Source: an uncultured Alphaproteobacteria bacterium (lineage in GTDB: Bacteria; Pseudomonadota; Alphaproteobacteria; Geminicoccales; Geminicoccaceae). From it: 64,000 nt of DNA. The stretch lies in NCBI GenBank assembly GCA_963756905.1, contig CAVWPO010000009.1:18179-82178 (forward strand). The letters are read 5' to 3'. Position 1 is the first letter of the stretch. Each line of letters begins with the position of its first letter. Made by a program: the position numbers and the translations under genes. A model generated the notes under the pieces. It saw nothing but the letters and a program-made list of their open reading frames with translations. It had not been told where the DNA came from and searched no databases. Positions 62,890 to 64,000 of this stretch are shown here, in pieces.

Positions 62890-63858
62890 TCAAGGGCTGG
62901 ATCGGAAACTATGCGGCAACGCGGCATCGGTCAACAAGCGGCGCTCGAGCCTTCGCAGATCCAGCGGGATGCCTGGATCGTCGCCGAACCCCTGGAGCGG
63001 CTCCAGCTCGGGCAGCTGATGGCGCAGCCAGGTCACCTGGCGCTTGGCGTACTGGCGCGTGCGCACGACGGCGCGGGCGAGCGCAGTTGCGAGATCCAGG
63101 CGGCCGTCCAGATGGGCGCAGAGCTCGGGCACCGCGACCGCCTTGAGAAGCGGCAGATCGGGCTCCGGGTGGGCGGCCCGGAGCAGGTTGAGCTCGGCGA
63201 GCGCGCCCCCAGCGATCATCGCCTGCAGCCGGCGCTCGATCCGGAGGTGCAACTCGGCGCGCGGCGGCAGCAGGGCAATGCCCATGACCGGCTGCGGCAG
63301 CCCCACCCGGAACCGGGGCAGGGCCTGCCAGTCGGCGAGCGAGCGGCCGGTCGCGGTCACCACCTCGAAGGCGCGGACCAGCCGCTGCCGGTCGCTCGGA
63401 CGCAGGCGCGCGGCCATGACCGGATCGCGCCGCCCGAGCTCGGCATGCAGACCCGGCCCGCCCAGGCGCTCGAACATCGCCTCGGCCGCGGCCCGAGCGG
63501 CCGCCGGCACGGGCGGCACGGGTGCCAGGCCCCGGAGCAGGGCGGACAGATAGAGGCCGGTGCCGCCGACCACGATCGGCAGCCGGCCCACGGCCGCGCT
63601 CCCGGCGATCGCCTCGCCGGCGAGCTCGAGCCAGCGCCCGACCGAGGCCGGGTCGGCGGCGCCGAGGACGCCAAAGAGGCGGTGCGGCGCCCGGGCCTCG
63701 TCGGCCGGGCCCGGCCGCGCGGTCAGCAGCGGCAGCTCGCGGTAGAGCTGCATGCTGTCGGCATTGATGATCACGCCCCCCAGGGCCTCGGCCAGGCGCA
63801 GCGCCAGCGCCGACTTGCCGCTCGCGCTCGGGCCGCCGATCACGATCAGGCCGTTCAC
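62890..63858 (-). CDS. miaA: tRNA dimethylallyltransferase
   Basis: P-loop IVIGGPSASGKSALA, then DSMQLYRELPLLTARP and VGGTGLY. Confidence 0.9.
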   Translation of the reverse strand: MNGLIVIGGPSASGKSALALRLAEALGGVIINADSMQLYRELPLLTARPGPADEARAPHRLFGVLGAADPASVGRWLELAGEAIAGSAAVGRLPIVVGGTGLYLSALLRGLAPVPPVPAAARAAAEAMFERLGGPGLHAELGRRDPVMAARLRPSDRQRLVRAFEVVTATGRSLADWQALPRFRVGLPQPVMGIALLPPRAELHLRIERRLQAMIAGGALAELNLLRAAHPEPDLPLLKAVAVPELCAHLDGRLDLATALARAVVRTRQYAKRQVTWLRHQLPELEPLQGFGDDPGIPLDLRRLERRLLTDAALPHSFRSSP

Positions 63859-63911
63859 GGGACCGCTCCGGGCCCGGTGCCGCGGGGCCGGCGCGCAAGG
63901 GACGCCCGGCG

Positions 63912-64000
63912 GTGAGCCAGGTGCTCTGCCTGATCGCCGATCCCGCGCGGGCGCCGCTCCGGCCCGGGCTGGTCGCCGAGGTCGGCCGCGCGGTCGGCGC
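63912..64000 (+). CDS. serB: possible 5' end of phosphoserine phosphatase gene (runs off the window)
   Basis: Open frame from GTG 63912 (VSQVLCLIADPARAPLRPGLVAEVGRAVG) resembles SerB N-termini that sit divergent from miaA in alphaproteobacteria. Only 29 codons are visible. Confidence 0.3.
   Translation, partial: MSQVLCLIADPARAPLRPGLVAEVGRAVG

Noticed and set aside
62876-62897. A T6 run plus the GCCCT-CTTCA-AGGGC hairpin overlapping the miaA stop, considered as an intrinsic terminator or ilvI leader.
   Set aside because: On the miaA/ilvI strand the hairpin is followed by an A run, not a U run. On the other strand the T run precedes the hairpin. Only 78 nt separate miaA from ilvI, so co-transcription is more likely.

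Overview
GC-rich chromosomal segment (by eye about two-thirds G+C or more; not computed). Gene order and protein similarities suggest an alphaproteobacterium (inference). I count about 65 protein-coding genes and recognise no rRNA, tRNA, CRISPR array or transposase. Left to right: (1) the 3' part of lhr; (2) a five-gene Liv-type ABC importer; (3) an ebo (eboA-F) cluster that is rearranged (eboD-E-C ... eboA-B ... eboF inverted) and interrupted by a four-gene periplasmic module of two PQQ/GSDH-type beta-propeller dehydrogenases and two c-type cytochromes; (4) directly abutting it, a complete coenzyme F420 island (cofC, fgd-like, fbiC, cofE, cofD, plus LLM-class and PPOX-class putative F420 enzymes); (5) housekeeping genes (2-hydroxyacid DH, tartrate-DH-like, gshA, hyi, a PpiC-like gene with three HupE/UreJ permeases, guaB, FKBP, PiuC-like dioxygenase, SDR); (6) a low-GC islet bracketed by two opposed VapBC modules; (7) rodA-mrdA-mreDCB; (8) leuA, ilvC, ilvIH and miaA, with a HigBA-like TA pair, RidA and a Uma2 gene interleaved. 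The most interesting candidate is the ebo cluster with its embedded periplasmic redox cassette and its physical link to the F420 island. Technical caveat: at least 18 sites in 14 genes, including mreB, leuA and ilvC, are interrupted by single-nucleotide +1 insertions. Several long ORFs in the supplied track are therefore fusions or fragments. The coordinates below are my reconstructed genes.
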